Assembly (NCBI GenBank): GCA_004524725.1
Contig: SDNW01000002.1
Location: 4,792 to 68,791, forward strand
Origin: Promethearchaeota archaeon
GTDB taxonomy: Archaea > Asgardarchaeota > Lokiarchaeia > Sigyniarchaeales > SOKP01
Length of the DNA stretch: 64,000 bases
Direction: 5' to 3'
Of the stretch, positions 51,157 to 59,666 are shown piece by piece. A program made the translations under genes and the position numbers. The notes below the pieces were generated by a model that saw only the letters and a program-made list of their open reading frames with translations, ran no database searches and was not told the origin of the DNA. Positions within the stretch are counted from its first letter, which is position 1. Every line of letters starts with the position of its first letter.

Positions 51157-51729
51157 CTAATCTTCATACTTTTTTCCAATACTCCAGGCACGTCCGATAT
51201 GTTCTCCTATTTTCCAGTAATTATTGTCATTCATGGAAAACAAAAAGGTATTCATTTTATTCAAGTCTGGGATTCCATTTGTTAAATATTTGTCTTCAGA
51301 ATAAGCGTTTATTATCTCTCCAATAAATATATCATGTCCTTGTTCAAGATCAATGGTTTTAAGTAGTTTACATTCCAAACAAAGGGGCGCATCAATTATC
51401 ATTGGAGCATTTTTTAAATCTCCATAAAAAACATTAAATATTTTAGATTTGTCTATATCTTTTCCTGATTTTAATCCACAATAATCTGTCGGTATTATCA
51501 TATCTTCTGAGGGTGTGTTCACACTAAAGCAATTATTTTCTTTAATACCAGCATTGGTGTAATGACTTTGAGATGACGAGATCAAGATAGTAGGTGGTTT
51601 ATGTTCAACTATGGATACCCAAGCAAGTGGCATAAAATTAGGTTTACTGTTAATATTAACCCCAATTAAAACTACAGGCATGGGATAAAGATAGGGCCCT
51701 AAACGAATCTTACTTTTTGGTATTGTCAT
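51157..51729 (-). CDS. Flavin reductase-like FMN-binding domain protein (flavoredoxin-like)
   Basis: 190 aa. The YPMPVVLIG...N.MP.AW pattern is typical of the flavin reductase-like domain. Confidence 0.7.
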   Translation of the reverse strand: MTIPKSKIRLGPYLYPMPVVLIGVNINSKPNFMPLAWVSIVEHKPPTILISSSQSHYTNAGIKENNCFSVNTPSEDMIIPTDYCGLKSGKDIDKSKIFNVFYGDLKNAPMIIDAPLCLECKLLKTIDLEQGHDIFIGEIINAYSEDKYLTNGIPDLNKMNTFLFSMNDNNYWKIGEHIGRAWSIGKKYED

Positions 51730-51873
51730 AATACACTTATGCTAGTTTCTTTTAGATTAAAATACTTCCTTTATAATTTAGAAATGCTTTCATACTTCAA
51801 AAAAACTTCAAAGAGTTTTCTATTAATATGATGAATAACAAATTAGATCATAATTCTTAAATACTAATGATAA

Positions 51874-53070
51874 TTGATGACTGAAAAGGAGAGATCACCG
51901 AGTTTCAAGTCCAACATTTATAAATATTATATCTACCAGTTCATTTTTGGAATTCATACAGTCAGAGGAGTTTATTATGCCTATATGACCGACTGGGGGG
52001 GTTTAAATATATTTCAAATATTGGCTTTACAAAGTTATTTTATGTTTGTTATTTTTATATTTGAAATTCCTTCTGGTGCATTAGCAGATTTAATTGGGAG
52101 GAAAATGGCGCTTATCCTCTCATCTTTATGCGTAATTGCAGCCGCGTTTGCCTATAGTATTTATCCTTATATTCTACTTTTCGTTTTTGCAGAAACTTTA
52201 TGGGCTCTAAGTATTGCTTTATCCTCTGGAACGGACGAGGCATTTTTATATAGTTCTCTAAAAAGTTATAATGCTGAAGACAAGATTTCTAAAGTATTGG
52301 GGAATAATCAAACGGTAAATTTGATTGCTTTAACTATTTCTGCTCCGCTAGGATCTATTATTGCGGACTTTATCTCACTTCAATTTACTATGACATGTTT
52401 GGCATTTATATTTATTGGGAGTTTGATAGTAGCCTTGACGTTTAAAGAACCTCCTTTTAGGGAAAAAGAAGACGAAAAGAAGAATTATTTAATAATTATT
52501 AAAAAAGGATTTATTGAATTAAAGCATAACAAGATATTGGCTATTTTATGCTTTGACCGATTATTTATTAATTCTTTAATTTTTCTACTGTTTTGGACTT
52601 ATCAGCCTTACCTTGAAGCTCTTGGAATTCCCTTAGTATTGTGGGGATTTATTTCTGCTAGTATGAACATCACAAATGCTGCTTTTAGTTTTATCATCCC
52701 TAGAATATTCAAAAAAGTCAAAAATAGGTTAATATTTTTGATATCTATTGATTTAATAAATGGGATCACTTTTGTTTTAATGGGTCTCAATGCTAATCCA
52801 TATCTTGGAATATTTCTCATATTGATCATTGTAGCATTTGGTTATCCACGATATCTGATCTATGTCAATGGTATCAATAAACAAATTGAAGCAGAGGAAC
52901 GAGCAACAGTTTTGAGCACAATAAATATGTTTCGAAGCTTTTTTATGGCAATAATGTTTCTTATAATAGGGATAATAGGAACAATAAATATAATATACAT
53001 GTTTCTCTTTGTTGGAGTTGCTATTATAGTATTTACCATTTTCACACGAGTAAAAAAGGATTATCTATGA
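51874..53070 (+). CDS. Major facilitator superfamily transporter
   Basis: 398 aa with about 12 TM helices. GALADLIGRK in loop 2-3 resembles the MFS signature. Confidence 0.75.
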   Translation: MMTEKERSPSFKSNIYKYYIYQFIFGIHTVRGVYYAYMTDWGGLNIFQILALQSYFMFVIFIFEIPSGALADLIGRKMALILSSLCVIAAAFAYSIYPYILLFVFAETLWALSIALSSGTDEAFLYSSLKSYNAEDKISKVLGNNQTVNLIALTISAPLGSIIADFISLQFTMTCLAFIFIGSLIVALTFKEPPFREKEDEKKNYLIIIKKGFIELKHNKILAILCFDRLFINSLIFLLFWTYQPYLEALGIPLVLWGFISASMNITNAAFSFIIPRIFKKVKNRLIFLISIDLINGITFVLMGLNANPYLGIFLILIIVAFGYPRYLIYVNGINKQIEAEERATVLSTINMFRSFFMAIMFLIIGIIGTINIIYMFLFVGVAIIVFTIFTRVKKDYL

Positions 53071-53221
53071 AATAATCATTCCTTAATATTATATTTATTA
53101 TAAAAAGAGGGTATCTTGAGCTTCTTGCCTATAAAAGTCAAAAATCATTAAGTTTTAATTTTTTATTTGATATAATGATACATAGAAAAATTATACATTG
53201 AACATAATTTCTCTATTGAAA

Positions 53222-53293
53222 GCGCTGCTAGTATAGTGGTCAGTATGCCAGGTTGCCAACTTGGCGACCCGGGTTCAATTCCCGGGCGGCGCA
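53222..53293 (+). tRNA. tRNA-Gly (anticodon GCC)
   Basis: Hand-folded. Acceptor GCGCTGC/GCGGCGC (one G-U). Anticodon arm CCAGG-TTGCCAA-CTTGG. T-arm CCGGG-TTCAATT-CCCGG. Discriminator A. 72 nt, no intron, no encoded CCA. Confidence 0.9.
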
Positions 53294-53312
53294 TTTTATC
53301 ATTTCTTTATTA

Positions 53313-54335
53313 TTAATAATCTGCTAATGATGATATGTCTTGCTGAAGATTGCTTTTTGATATGAATTTTTCTATGTCAGAAAGATTATTTGGTAACCCT
53401 TCTCTTACTCCGATCCCCATAGATTCTAATGAAGACATCGCAGTTGAAATTTGCGTCATTTTCTTTAATGAATAACCATTTAACTTAGATAATAGAATCC
53501 CACTTAGGAATGCATCCCCTGCACCCGTCGTGTCTTTTACATCAACTTTATATATTCCACTTTTAATTACTTCTTCTCCATCAGATACTAGTGAACCTTG
53601 TGCTCCATCTGTGATAGACACTAACTTAGGGCCTAGATCGAGCATCTTTTTTAGAGCATAGTATCGTTCGGACTCTTGAGTTAGTTCTTCTGCCTCTTCT
53701 CTATTCATAGATACTACATCAGAATCAGCAATTAAAATTTTTGCCCATTTCGGGTTGTTCTTAAGTATTGACATGCTAGGAGCTGCGAATACTAAACCAC
53801 CATTATTCTTAGTGAGTGTTATTGCTTTTTCAATAGCTTTGCAACCATTTTCAGTAGTAAGCGAGCTCCATGCAAAAGCTTTAATATCACTAAAAAGTTC
53901 TTCTTTGATATGATCAGGAGTGAGTAAATTATTGGCACCTTTATAAGCTAAAATACTTCTATCCTTACCCCATTCGGTCTTAAGAATGGCAGAAAACGCC
54001 GTATTATCCTCTTCAGTTTGATATATATGCGATATATCTACATTTCTTTTTTTTAGGTCTTCTAAACATATTTGAGCAGAAAAGTCCTTTCCGATAACCC
54101 CAATATACGTTGATTTAATCCCTAACATCGCACAATCTGCTGCAATATTGGCACCGGATCCCCCTGGAAAGAATCGAATATCATTCACATTCAATTTTCG
54201 GCTGTATTCGATCGCAGTGTATTTCTTAACTACATCTTTATCAAATAGTTCAAATCGAAGAATATCTTGCACTTCAATTATGCAATCAAGAGTACAGCTT
54301 CCAATAGTAATTAATTCTGGTTTCAATCTTATCAC
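53313..54335 (-). CDS. PfkB-family carbohydrate/nucleoside kinase
   Basis: 340 aa. N-terminal GGSGANIA and C-terminal DTTGAGDAF motifs of the ribokinase/PfkB family. Confidence 0.85.
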   Translation of the reverse strand: MIRLKPELITIGSCTLDCIIEVQDILRFELFDKDVVKKYTAIEYSRKLNVNDIRFFPGGSGANIAADCAMLGIKSTYIGVIGKDFSAQICLEDLKKRNVDISHIYQTEEDNTAFSAILKTEWGKDRSILAYKGANNLLTPDHIKEELFSDIKAFAWSSLTTENGCKAIEKAITLTKNNGGLVFAAPSMSILKNNPKWAKILIADSDVVSMNREEAEELTQESERYYALKKMLDLGPKLVSITDGAQGSLVSDGEEVIKSGIYKVDVKDTTGAGDAFLSGILLSKLNGYSLKKMTQISTAMSSLESMGIGVREGLPNNLSDIEKFISKSNLQQDISSLADY

Positions 54336-54505
54336 GATTATTTAATATTAAGATTTATCAAATATGATAAAAATGGCAGAAATTCTTATATAATTTTGCT
54401 ATCTAAGGTATTAGGAAAAAGTGAAAGTATGAATTTTAGATCATAAACATCATTTATTTAAATTTAAACAACATAATTTATTCTAACCAAAAACATAGCG
54501 TGATA

Positions 54506-54994
54506 ATGATTAAAGATAAGTTTGAGCTGGTGGGTACGATGATCCCCGAGTTCGAATTACCAAATTCAAGGGGAGATAAAATCAATATCAAAGAATTCAA
54601 AAATAATAAAAATGTCATCATAGTGCTATTTAGAGATATACATTGACCATATTGTCGATGGCATGCGGCAGAATTGCGTAGGAATCTGGAAATGTTTGAA
54701 GAGTTGGATGGATATCTCTATCCAATATTAGCAGATAGCGAAGAAAATGCACAAAAAATGGAAAAAAAATATGCGCGAAATTATGCGATATTTTACGACC
54801 CTTCAAAAGAAGTACAAAAACTCTTAAATCAACAAGTAAAAATTTGGAAAGGCGGAAGAATGCCCGGATTATTGATTATTGATAAACAAGGAATAATACA
54901 GTACGCTTATTACAGTGATAGTATGAAAGATTTACCGAAAACTGAGGAGATATTGGAAGTATTAAAGAGAATAAATAGACAACCAAATGATTAA
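54506..54994 (+). CDS. Thioredoxin-fold redoxin (AhpC/TSA / Prx-like) with in-frame TGA at the first redox Cys position; candidate selenoprotein (U-P-Y-C)
   Basis: ATG 54506 opens a frame reading MIKDKFELVGTMIPEFELPNSRGDKINIKEFKNNKNVIIVLFRDIH-TGA(54644..54646)-PYCRWHAAELRRNLEMFEE... It runs in the same frame into track ORF 54674..54994. The TGA aligns with the first Cys of the family motif (F.G.WCPYCR..L..L). A pseudogene remains the alternative. Confidence 0.55.
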
Positions 54995-55075
54995 AAAGCG
55001 ATTTGGAATGGATAAAATGGAAAAAAAGAGGATATTTTATTCATAAAAGGTAGCCACACTTAACCAAATCAACCC

Positions 55076-55082
55076 TTTTTTT
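55076..55082 (+). terminator. Oligo-T tract (T7) downstream of the redoxin gene
   Basis: Read directly (aacccTTTTTTTaac), in the convergent intergenic region. Confidence 0.4.
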
Positions 55083-55154
55083 AACTTAAAAATAGATCTA
55101 TAATGAACTAATAAACTTTAATGAAATTCTATTAAAAAGAGATTTCTAAAAAAA

Positions 55155-55781
55155 TTAGTCGCGTGATTTTAACTTATTTAATTCTTCTTCGAGTTCTTTG
55201 ACCTTTCCATCGGGATCTACAGTAGGAAGAGCGCCTCCGATTTCAGCACCTATTTCAGCGTCAATTTCTCCTAATACTTCTTGAACTTGAGAGTCAGTTA
55301 CAGCAGAGTCCATTTGTATATCACTTATACCATCCGAAGTTATTTCTTGGGTGAGATCGAAGTCTTCCATATCAATTCCGATGTTATCCATGAGATCTGT
55401 AAGTTGTGGAATAGAAAGTTGACTCTTAAGAGCGCCTAAACTCGCCGCAATTCCATGCATAACATCCGCAACGTCTTTTACTGCAGTAGCTTGCTCCAGT
55501 TTAAAGACCATTCCTTCTAAATTCGTTCTAAAATGGTCTATCGCTCGTGCTTGCTTCTTTACTTGAAGATAATTGCGAGCGTGAAACGCAGAACCATCCA
55601 TATCACCGTTTTTTCGTAAATTTACTGCTTTATCACGAGCCAATTTTGCGGTCATTTCCATTTTCTTTGTTTGTCGCATCAATCGTTTGTTAAATACTTT
55701 TAATTTTACAGTAGCTGAACGAACAGTATCTTTCTTTTTACCCCCCGAAAGCCATTTACTCATATCCTTAAGAAAACCCAT
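55155..55781 (-). CDS. ESCRT-III subunit (Snf7 family; Vps2/24/46-CHMP1-3-like)
   Basis: 208 aa. Basic N-terminal half (helical hairpin). Acidic C-terminal half. Terminal amphipathic helix KELEEELNKLK resembles a MIM1 (L..(R)L..LK). N-terminal MGFLKDMSKWL amphipathic segment. Confidence 0.85.
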   Translation of the reverse strand: MGFLKDMSKWLSGGKKKDTVRSATVKLKVFNKRLMRQTKKMEMTAKLARDKAVNLRKNGDMDGSAFHARNYLQVKKQARAIDHFRTNLEGMVFKLEQATAVKDVADVMHGIAASLGALKSQLSIPQLTDLMDNIGIDMEDFDLTQEITSDGISDIQMDSAVTDSQVQEVLGEIDAEIGAEIGGALPTVDPDGKVKELEEELNKLKSRD

Positions 55782-55989
55782 ATTAAACCATCAAATTTAG
55801 TTGTTTTTATATATTATATAAAAGTTCGCAATTATATAATTTTTTGTAGACCAATTATTACCACGCTTTTGATAAAAGAAAATTTGATATAAGAAAATAT
55901 ATTAAATATTTAAACAAATACCGAACTAGATTACCTATAAATAGTAAGATTTGTATAAAATTAATAACTAGTTTTAAAGGTTATTTAGG
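55782..55989. promoter_or_regulatory. Divergent promoter region between ESCRT-III and vps4
   Basis: 208-nt AT-rich spacer with TATA-like elements (tttttatatattatataaaa near 55805-55825; tgtataaaatta at 55952-55963, about 30 nt upstream of the vps4 ATG). Not discriminating in such an AT-rich genome. Confidence 0.3.
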
Positions 55990-57207
55990 ATGTCAAGTGT
56001 CGATAGTAAACTTTATCAATATGCAGTCGAAGAAGCTCAAGCTGCCGTAAAGCTAGATGAGAGTGGGAGATACAGACAAGCAATTAACAAATATCAGCGA
56101 GCTGCTGAGATTTTGATACAATTTGTAAAATATAACAAAAATCCTATTATGATTAAACGTTGCCAAGATCAGATTGAGCAATATGTAAATCGAGCACAAA
56201 CTCTTAAGGCTCACTTGAGTGGTCCTCGGAGAAGGGGTTCCCCAGCTTCAATTAGTCCACACGAATCGAAAGGAGAGGCGTCCTCAGATACAGAGAGCAT
56301 CTATTCCAAAGAAGAACAAGAGTTAATAGACTCCATTTCTGGCACCATTTTGACTGAATCTCCAAACATAAAATGGATAGATATTGCGGGATTAGAGGAT
56401 TGCAAACAATCCTTACGAGAAGCGATAGTGTTACCTATAATGAAGCCAGAGCTCTTTACGGGAGCAAGAAAACCTTGGTCAGGAATCCTTTTGTTTGGCC
56501 CCCCAGGATGTGGTAAAACATTACTAGCAAAAGCAGCCGCTACTGAATGCAAAGCTACATTTTTTAGCGTTTCCTCTGCTGATATGTTAAGTAAATGGTT
56601 AGGCGAAAGTGAAAAGCTAATAAGCTCATTGTTTAAAGTAGCGCGTATAAAAGCTCCGAGTTTAATTTTTATGGATGAGATTGACTCAGTTGCTACAAGG
56701 AGGGGTGAGGGTCACGAAGGAGGTGGTGAGAGAAGAGTGAAAACCCAACTACTCAGTGAAATCCAAGGAATGAAATCAACATATGAAAAACCGTTATTAG
56801 TGCTTGGAGCTACTAATCGACCGTGGGATATTGACACAGCGATGCTCAGTCGTTTTGAGAAAAAAGTGTATGTTCCGCTTCCGGATATGCCCGCAAGGGC
56901 AGGTATCTTTAAAATCCATACTGCGGGGATTAATTCCGATTTAAATGAAGAAGATTATATTGAATTAGCTGTCCGATCAGAAGGCTATTCTGGGAGAGAT
57001 ATCTCGAATGTGTGTCGAGAAGTAATCATGATTCCTATTCGAGAATTAGATATGGGAGGCTTACTTGAAGATTCAGATAAGGAAGTTGTAGTAAGGGATA
57101 TTACAATAAAGGATTTTATTAAAACTCTTAAAAAGGTTAAACCGATGACAACCGGTTCTGAATTGAATAAATATGAAGATTGGGCAGAAGAATATGGAGA
57201 GTATTAA
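55990..57207 (+). CDS. vps4: Vps4-like AAA+ ATPase (MIT domain + AAA + Vps4 C-terminal helix)
   Basis: 405 aa. N-terminal MIT-like three-helix region (AVEEAQAAVKLDESGRYRQAINKYQRAAEILIQFVKY). Walker A GPPGCGKT. Walker B LIFMDEIDS. SRFEKKVYVPLPD. C-terminal YEDWAEEYG. Confidence 0.9.
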   Translation: MSSVDSKLYQYAVEEAQAAVKLDESGRYRQAINKYQRAAEILIQFVKYNKNPIMIKRCQDQIEQYVNRAQTLKAHLSGPRRRGSPASISPHESKGEASSDTESIYSKEEQELIDSISGTILTESPNIKWIDIAGLEDCKQSLREAIVLPIMKPELFTGARKPWSGILLFGPPGCGKTLLAKAAATECKATFFSVSSADMLSKWLGESEKLISSLFKVARIKAPSLIFMDEIDSVATRRGEGHEGGGERRVKTQLLSEIQGMKSTYEKPLLVLGATNRPWDIDTAMLSRFEKKVYVPLPDMPARAGIFKIHTAGINSDLNEEDYIELAVRSEGYSGRDISNVCREVIMIPIRELDMGGLLEDSDKEVVVRDITIKDFIKTLKKVKPMTTGSELNKYEDWAEEYGEY

Positions 57208-57229
57208 TATCATTTATTGATGAAAAATT

Positions 57230-58132
57230 ATGGAACGTCAGCGAGAAAAACCTAAAGAAGTTACTAAAGAAAAAAAAGAGCAACCTGAGAAAGAATTAGA
57301 GGATTTAAGGAAAGAATTAGCGCGATTAAAGGAGCTAAAAAAGCAAAAAGAGCTAGAACGAAAAAAAGAGGCAGAATCGCGGGTTGAGGGGGAAGAAGAG
57401 ATAGAAAAGGGCTATTCAAACTCTAAAAGTCAAGAAATTGAAGCAAGATTAGATAAAATCGAGGATTTTCTAACTTCAAAATTGGGTGAAGTAGATTTAA
57501 AAGCATACGAACAAAATGCCGAAGAAGTAGAACAGGAACTTATATTAATTGAACGAGAGATTGTCGGGGAGAAAGGTGTTATATCCAAAGAAGTTTCTAC
57601 TTATGAACTTTTAGTAAATGATTACCCGTGGTTAGAAGAAAAACGATATATTTTTATGTATACCTTACCGAATAAAAAAACGGATTTAAAAGATTTTGAA
57701 TCGTGGAAAAATGAATGGTCCAAAATTCTATTTGATTATGCCCGCTATGCAATTTTGCATATTTTATATTTAAGACAATTAGAATCTGAAAAACCATTTT
57801 CTAAATTTGAAGATCGAACCGAAGCATTGAAAGAAATTGCAGAAGAATTGGTTGAGAGAGAGCAAGCAGAATGGTTATCAAAAAGTAAAGAGAAATTACG
57901 GGTATATTGGAAATCACTTGACAATTGGGCTCAAGAAATATATGAATGGGTAATAGAAATCTCTCCATTGGAGCCTATTTTAATCTTTGAAATAAGAGAA
58001 TCAAATAAAGAATTTAGTAATTTGCCTAAAGATGATATTATAAAGATATTCAAATTGCTAGAAAAGGATAAGAAAGGGGAGATTATTAAAGCCGATAATG
58101 GGCAAATCTCATTTAAAATAAGAGTAGAATAA
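57230..58132 (+). CDS. vps25: ESCRT-II Vps25-like protein (two winged helices) with a roughly 125-aa charged coiled-coil N-terminal extension
   Basis: Residues about 130-300 align by eye to human VPS25 as I recall it. YPWLEEKRYIFMYTLPNKKTDLKDFESWKNEWSKILFDYARY matches FEWPWQYRFPPFFTLQPNVDTRQKQLAAWCSLVLSFCRLH. AEWLSKSKEKLRVYWKSLDNWAQEIYEWV matches LEWLDKSKSSFLIMWRRPEEWGKLIYQWV. The C-terminal KGEIIKADNGQISFKI matches KAEIITVSDGRGVKFF. Sits 22 nt downstream of vps4. Confidence 0.75.
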   Translation: MERQREKPKEVTKEKKEQPEKELEDLRKELARLKELKKQKELERKKEAESRVEGEEEIEKGYSNSKSQEIEARLDKIEDFLTSKLGEVDLKAYEQNAEEVEQELILIEREIVGEKGVISKEVSTYELLVNDYPWLEEKRYIFMYTLPNKKTDLKDFESWKNEWSKILFDYARYAILHILYLRQLESEKPFSKFEDRTEALKEIAEELVEREQAEWLSKSKEKLRVYWKSLDNWAQEIYEWVIEISPLEPILIFEIRESNKEFSNLPKDDIIKIFKLLEKDKKGEIIKADNGQISFKIRVE

Positions 58133-58134
58133 TT

Positions 58135-58851
58135 CTAAATAGAAGGAAAAAACCATTGTTTTCCTTTTAGCAATGAATCGCGAAATTTCGCGACCCCTGT
58201 TTCCTCTAGGGACTTTAGGGTTTCCAAGGCACGATCTTGAGACCAATTCAACCCGACACATATATCCTCAAGAGATATAAAACCTTTATCTTGAGCTAAA
58301 CCTATCACCTTTACTTGATCACTGGTATATTCCACTGGAAAAAACCGTACCATGATAATACCTGAACCTAATTCTTTAAGATCATCAATTACGTGTGATT
58401 TTTTTAATTTTTTTAGAGCTTTATATAAATCTTTCATATCTACAATGCCCTTTAAAATCCCAGTATTCACCAGATCAAACACTTCTGTTAAAGGAAGTAA
58501 ACCGACGCCTATCTCTTCTTTTTGCATTAAAACTCGTTGATAAGCCAACATTCCGAGTTTTTCATGATCGATTTTAGAAAATTTGATGAGGACATCATTT
58601 TCAGTAATTTGTTCCGTTACAATTTTAGAGGAAGGTATATTATATATTTTCTGTAATTCTTTCACATCTTCTTTTAATTCAGGAGTTAGAGCTAATATAA
58701 CTCCATGTCTTTTTGCCAATTCCCTCAGTCTCTCTTTTGTGAAATTTTCAGTCGCAGCTTTAGCTTGAATATCCTTAATCTTTAACTCTGCTGCTTTCTT
58801 TTTCATTGCTTCTCTTAGATCAATCTCATCTTCTATTTTACGAATTCCCAT
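58135..58851 (-). CDS. vps22: ESCRT-II Vps22/Vps36-like EAP30-domain protein
   Basis: 238 aa. The C-terminal two-thirds align by eye to human SNF8. DMKDLYKALKKLKK...LGSGIIMVRFFPVEYTSDQVKVIGLAQDKGFISLEDICVGLNWSQDRALETLKSLEETGVAKF...KQWFFPSI matches ...DDLIRAIKKLKALGTGFGIIPV...VPAELNMDHTVVLQLAEKNGYVTVSEIKASLKWETERARQVLEHLLKEGLAWLD...YWLPAL. Basic N-terminal helix. Confidence 0.8.
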   Translation of the reverse strand: MGIRKIEDEIDLREAMKKKAAELKIKDIQAKAATENFTKERLRELAKRHGVILALTPELKEDVKELQKIYNIPSSKIVTEQITENDVLIKFSKIDHEKLGMLAYQRVLMQKEEIGVGLLPLTEVFDLVNTGILKGIVDMKDLYKALKKLKKSHVIDDLKELGSGIIMVRFFPVEYTSDQVKVIGLAQDKGFISLEDICVGLNWSQDRALETLKSLEETGVAKFRDSLLKGKQWFFPSI

Positions 58852-58930
58852 ATTTACTTAGCACTATTTTTTAATACCTTTAGTGATTAATAATAATAAG
58901 ACTTCTTATTTCTTTTTATTTTAATCGAAA

Positions 58931-59512
58931 ATGAATACCTTAAAAAACTTTAGACCAGTTAATGATTACGAAAAAGAACTAATTATAGATTCTATTGGAA
59001 AAATATCCCCCAATTCAAAAGCTATCTTTGAAGATGGTCTATACGACTACTACTTAATTTTTAAACATAATAAACAGCTAAAGAATAGATTACAGATTTA
59101 TTTAGTAACCCACGATAAAGCAAAAATCGAGAGTTTAAATAACTTACATGCTAAAATTCACTCCATAGGATTATATTTTGGTTTTATAAATAAAGGAATT
59201 TTTTATTTAAGCTTGGAAGGGGCGGAATTCTTCTACAAAAAGGGATTTCTTTCTGAAATAAAATATGTTTACTTAAATAAAACAGGAGAAAAGTCAGTTC
59301 TTTATGGAAATAATATATTGAAAAGTATGATAACCAAAACCTCAACTAAGTTACTAAAGGATGATTTTTTATTGATATTTAATGAGTATAATGAAATCTT
59401 AGCTATAGGATTGTCTAAAACGGAAAGAAATATAATAGATAAACTTAAACCTAAAGATATTGTCGCTATCAATTTAAGGGATAAGGGATATTATTTGAGA
59501 ACTCCACAATAG
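58931..59512 (+). CDS. NIP7-like pre-PUA + PUA domain protein (ribosome biogenesis factor homolog, UPF0113)
   Basis: 193 aa. IGLYFGFINKGIFYLSLEGAEFF...KYVYLNKTGEKSVLYGNNILKSMI...DFLLIFNEYNEILAIGLSK...DIVAINLRDKGYYLR parallels eukaryotic Nip7 (LGTCFGKFTK...F.L.V.AL..LA....KVW.K...E..FLYGN.VLK..L......). Confidence 0.7.
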   Translation: MNTLKNFRPVNDYEKELIIDSIGKISPNSKAIFEDGLYDYYLIFKHNKQLKNRLQIYLVTHDKAKIESLNNLHAKIHSIGLYFGFINKGIFYLSLEGAEFFYKKGFLSEIKYVYLNKTGEKSVLYGNNILKSMITKTSTKLLKDDFLLIFNEYNEILAIGLSKTERNIIDKLKPKDIVAINLRDKGYYLRTPQ

Positions 59513-59666
59513 AGAAATCGATAAATTTTATAAAGGGAGGATTTCACCCCCAACTTCTCCCTTAAAATTAATTATAAATATCCATTTAATTTTCTAATAT
59601 AAAAATCAACTAGGACCAAATTTTTACAAGAAATTAATGATGTTTTTAATTTAAAAAAATCCTTTT

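Noticed and set aside
47542-58768. Remaining small ORFs 47542..47739, 50767..50949, 52608..52829, 52860..53045, 54148..54345, 56301..56552, 58352..58540, 58395..58577 and 58583..58768
   Set aside because: They are antisense to, or overlap, well-supported genes (tocopherol-cyclase-like, MFS, PfkB, Vps4, Vps22), or are low-complexity in spacer DNA (50767..50949).
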